A stretch of 64,000 nt of DNA from Takakia lepidozioides (taxonomy: Eukaryota; Plantae; Bryophyta), in NCBI GenBank assembly GCA_030704615.1, contig CM060732.1:34162001-34226000 (forward strand), read 5' to 3'. Of the stretch, positions 62,096-64,000 are shown piece by piece. Within the stretch, counting starts at the first letter, position 1. The number at the start of each line of letters is the position of its first letter. Both the position numbers and the translations under genes were made by a program. A model generated the notes under the pieces. That model was not told where the DNA came from. It saw only the letters and a program-made list of their open reading frames with translations, and ran no database searches.

Positions 62096-64000
62096 ATGGC
62101 TTCATCTGAAGCGGAGTTCTTCTCTGACGACAAACCAGTGTCGTTCTCCCAGAAAGTCCTTGACAATGGATTTGCAATTGTTCTGGAACATGTCTTGGCT
62201 ATCCGTTTTCAGCTTCAGAATGGCTCCATATTTTTGGAGAAAGAGGTGTACGATTTGAAAGGGAAGTTGTTGAAATACTCTTTCCAAAACCGTGATGAGA
62301 CGGCTCATGTCAGCCAGTGGAGAGTGCGCCCTGGTCGATACAGAGTGCTTGGAGAGCCTCGGCGAAAGTCCCTTGGATCATATGTGACGCCCGGGACTGC
62401 TGCTTTGGTTGTTGAAGACAAGAGGGAGGTGGTGGTGAAAAAAGAACAGACGTCCTCCACTCCAATCGTTGAGCTTTCGGATTCGTCCGACGATGATATA
62501 AGTGAAATTCCAAATCCAGTCTTTCATACTGTAGTTGGAGAAACTGATGAAGAAGAGATTTGTAGTGTCATTCCAAAACTACGGGCGATGGGAGGAATGG
62601 CAGGTTTCAAAAGTGAGTTGCGAGGAATTGATTGGGAATCTTTGAAGCAGGTGCCTCTAAAGTTCTTGCCAGAGACTTTTGATGGCCATATCCTATTCGA
62701 GCTGCCTCCTCCTCCGCGAGTTGGAGGTGTAACAATCATGATGCATGGAATGGACAAGAAACACGACGGGCACCCGTGGTGCAGAACAAAAACATCCAAT
62801 ATTCAGAATGATGACAAGCTTGTTTTCAGGAGAACAGTTTTCAATGGACACCTTAGGTGTGATAATTTGAATTGCAGACACTTTCTTCAGTTTGGGGTTC
62901 ATAATCAAAGCGAATGGGAGGGTCTGGCGGAAAATCCATTTCAGCCTAGGACTGCCCCACCACCGGCAAACACTTTCGTCTGCAAATTCTGCAAACTTGT
63001 GCCATCCTTCTTGGCGCTCTGCGGAGCAAGAATGTACTATGTTGTCCACCGTTTGAAAACAATGACAAGAGCTTATGTGCATTTCGGATTCCATAACCAT
63101 CCTGTCTCGAATGGGGATTACGGGGAGAGTGTTGAGACAGTATCGAGGTTGATTAAACATGAGTTCGGGAGAAACCCATCCGCAACAACATCTGCAATTG
63201 CTCTTGGCGCAAACAAGTCCTTCTTGGAAAGCCATATTTTGAGTGAAGGGGATTATGTGGGGACTAAACTTGACGGTGCAGCATTGGACGTGGTCATGGA
63301 TCATTTCTCCACTTTGAGTTCACCTAACATTCGGCATCAGATCAATGCATTAAGAATGGGCTCTGGTATCAGAGGCTACATAGACAACATTTTGGAGTTG
63401 AAACGAGTGAGCAAGTACGATTACATCCAGGACAATGTATTCCCAGGTCAAGGTGCCATCAAAGTTTTTCTTTTCAAAATGTCGATTGTTGGGGAGGGCA
63501 GTGGGGTTAGCCTCGTGAAGCGGATGTAGAAGACTGGGGACTTGCAGAACTGTTTTCTTATGTTTGATCATGTGAAACGAGTGAAGGATTGGACGACAAT
63601 GGCTTGTCATGTCTACGATCCAGTGTATCAACGAGTTATGACAATTGCAGTTTGTGACATGTAATCCAAGGATACAGAATCCCAGCAGCTCATGTGGAAT
63701 TCCCTGATACGTGTCATGGGCTGCCATGGGGTGCCATCTCCGAATTTCGCAGGTTTCATGGCGGATAGTGCTCAAGCAAATTTCAATGCTGTTCGTATTG
63801 TCTTCGGATCGGGCGACCCAAAAATGCCAATGCGAGGAAGAGAGCGTACATGTCTATTCCATTGGACACAATCTCTGGAAAAACATACAAAGTCGGACAT
63901 CAAACCAAAGATGCAGACTCAACACCGTAAATTGTGCAAAGAGTACAAAGATGCTAGAAAAATGAAGGAGGCGGACACTTTGTTCCAGACAATTCGTGCC
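62096..64000 (+). pseudogene. MULE-type DDE transposase with N-terminal GCM/WRKY-like zinc finger (partial, two in-frame stops)
   Basis: GHLRCDNLNC..CKFC..CGARMY..HFGFHNHP. Reading through TAG 63527-63529 and TAA 63662-63664 gives MFDHVKR (D1), GFMADSAQAN (D2) and TCLFHW (MULE CxxH). Confidence 0.85.

Larger units (their letters stand above)
54845..64000. mobile_element. MULE-like DNA transposon 'element C' (runs off the window)
   Basis: Begins where the PPR fragment is cut. Contains a GC-rich end, GATGAATG repeats, a divergent passenger gene, a transposase and palindrome arrays. Confidence 0.65.

Overview
Eukaryotic, transposon-dense window from a land plant, probably a non-seed lineage (inference from a plant U2 snRNA gene with USE/TATA, PLS-PPR fragments, an IFR/PCBER-like reductase, an NDA-type dehydrogenase fragment and GT-AG introns). 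It has one 500-N gap. Main contents: (1) An 11.7-kb Ty3/gypsy insertion (1696-13407, minus strand, TGTC...GACA ends, 4-bp TSD) whose polyprotein carries a full C5-cytosine methyltransferase domain between protease and RT. A second, gapped copy lies at about 24.6-28.8 kb. (2) Two related Mutator-like (MULE) elements, A (about 0.7-19.5 kb, interrupted by the gypsy) and C (about 54.8 kb to window end). Each has a minus-strand, intron-containing passenger gene with amino-(N4C/N6A)-methyltransferase-like motifs; in C these follow a ParB-N-like D[G/S]NHR domain. Each also has arrays of a 24-bp palindrome, RTGAAT-K-TCG-N4-CGA-M-ATTCAY, with compensatory changes between the two elements and spacing at near-integral helical turns. 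This ParB/MTase plus parS-like-array arrangement inside a plant DNA transposon is the strongest candidate for an undescribed system. (3) A third MULE transposase, a Ulp1-like cargo gene, a fungal-type PD-(D/E)xK-like ORF, a decayed gypsy with a slippery site and a dUTPase-like remnant, and several host-gene fragments. All protein calls rest on motif recognition by eye; no searches were run.
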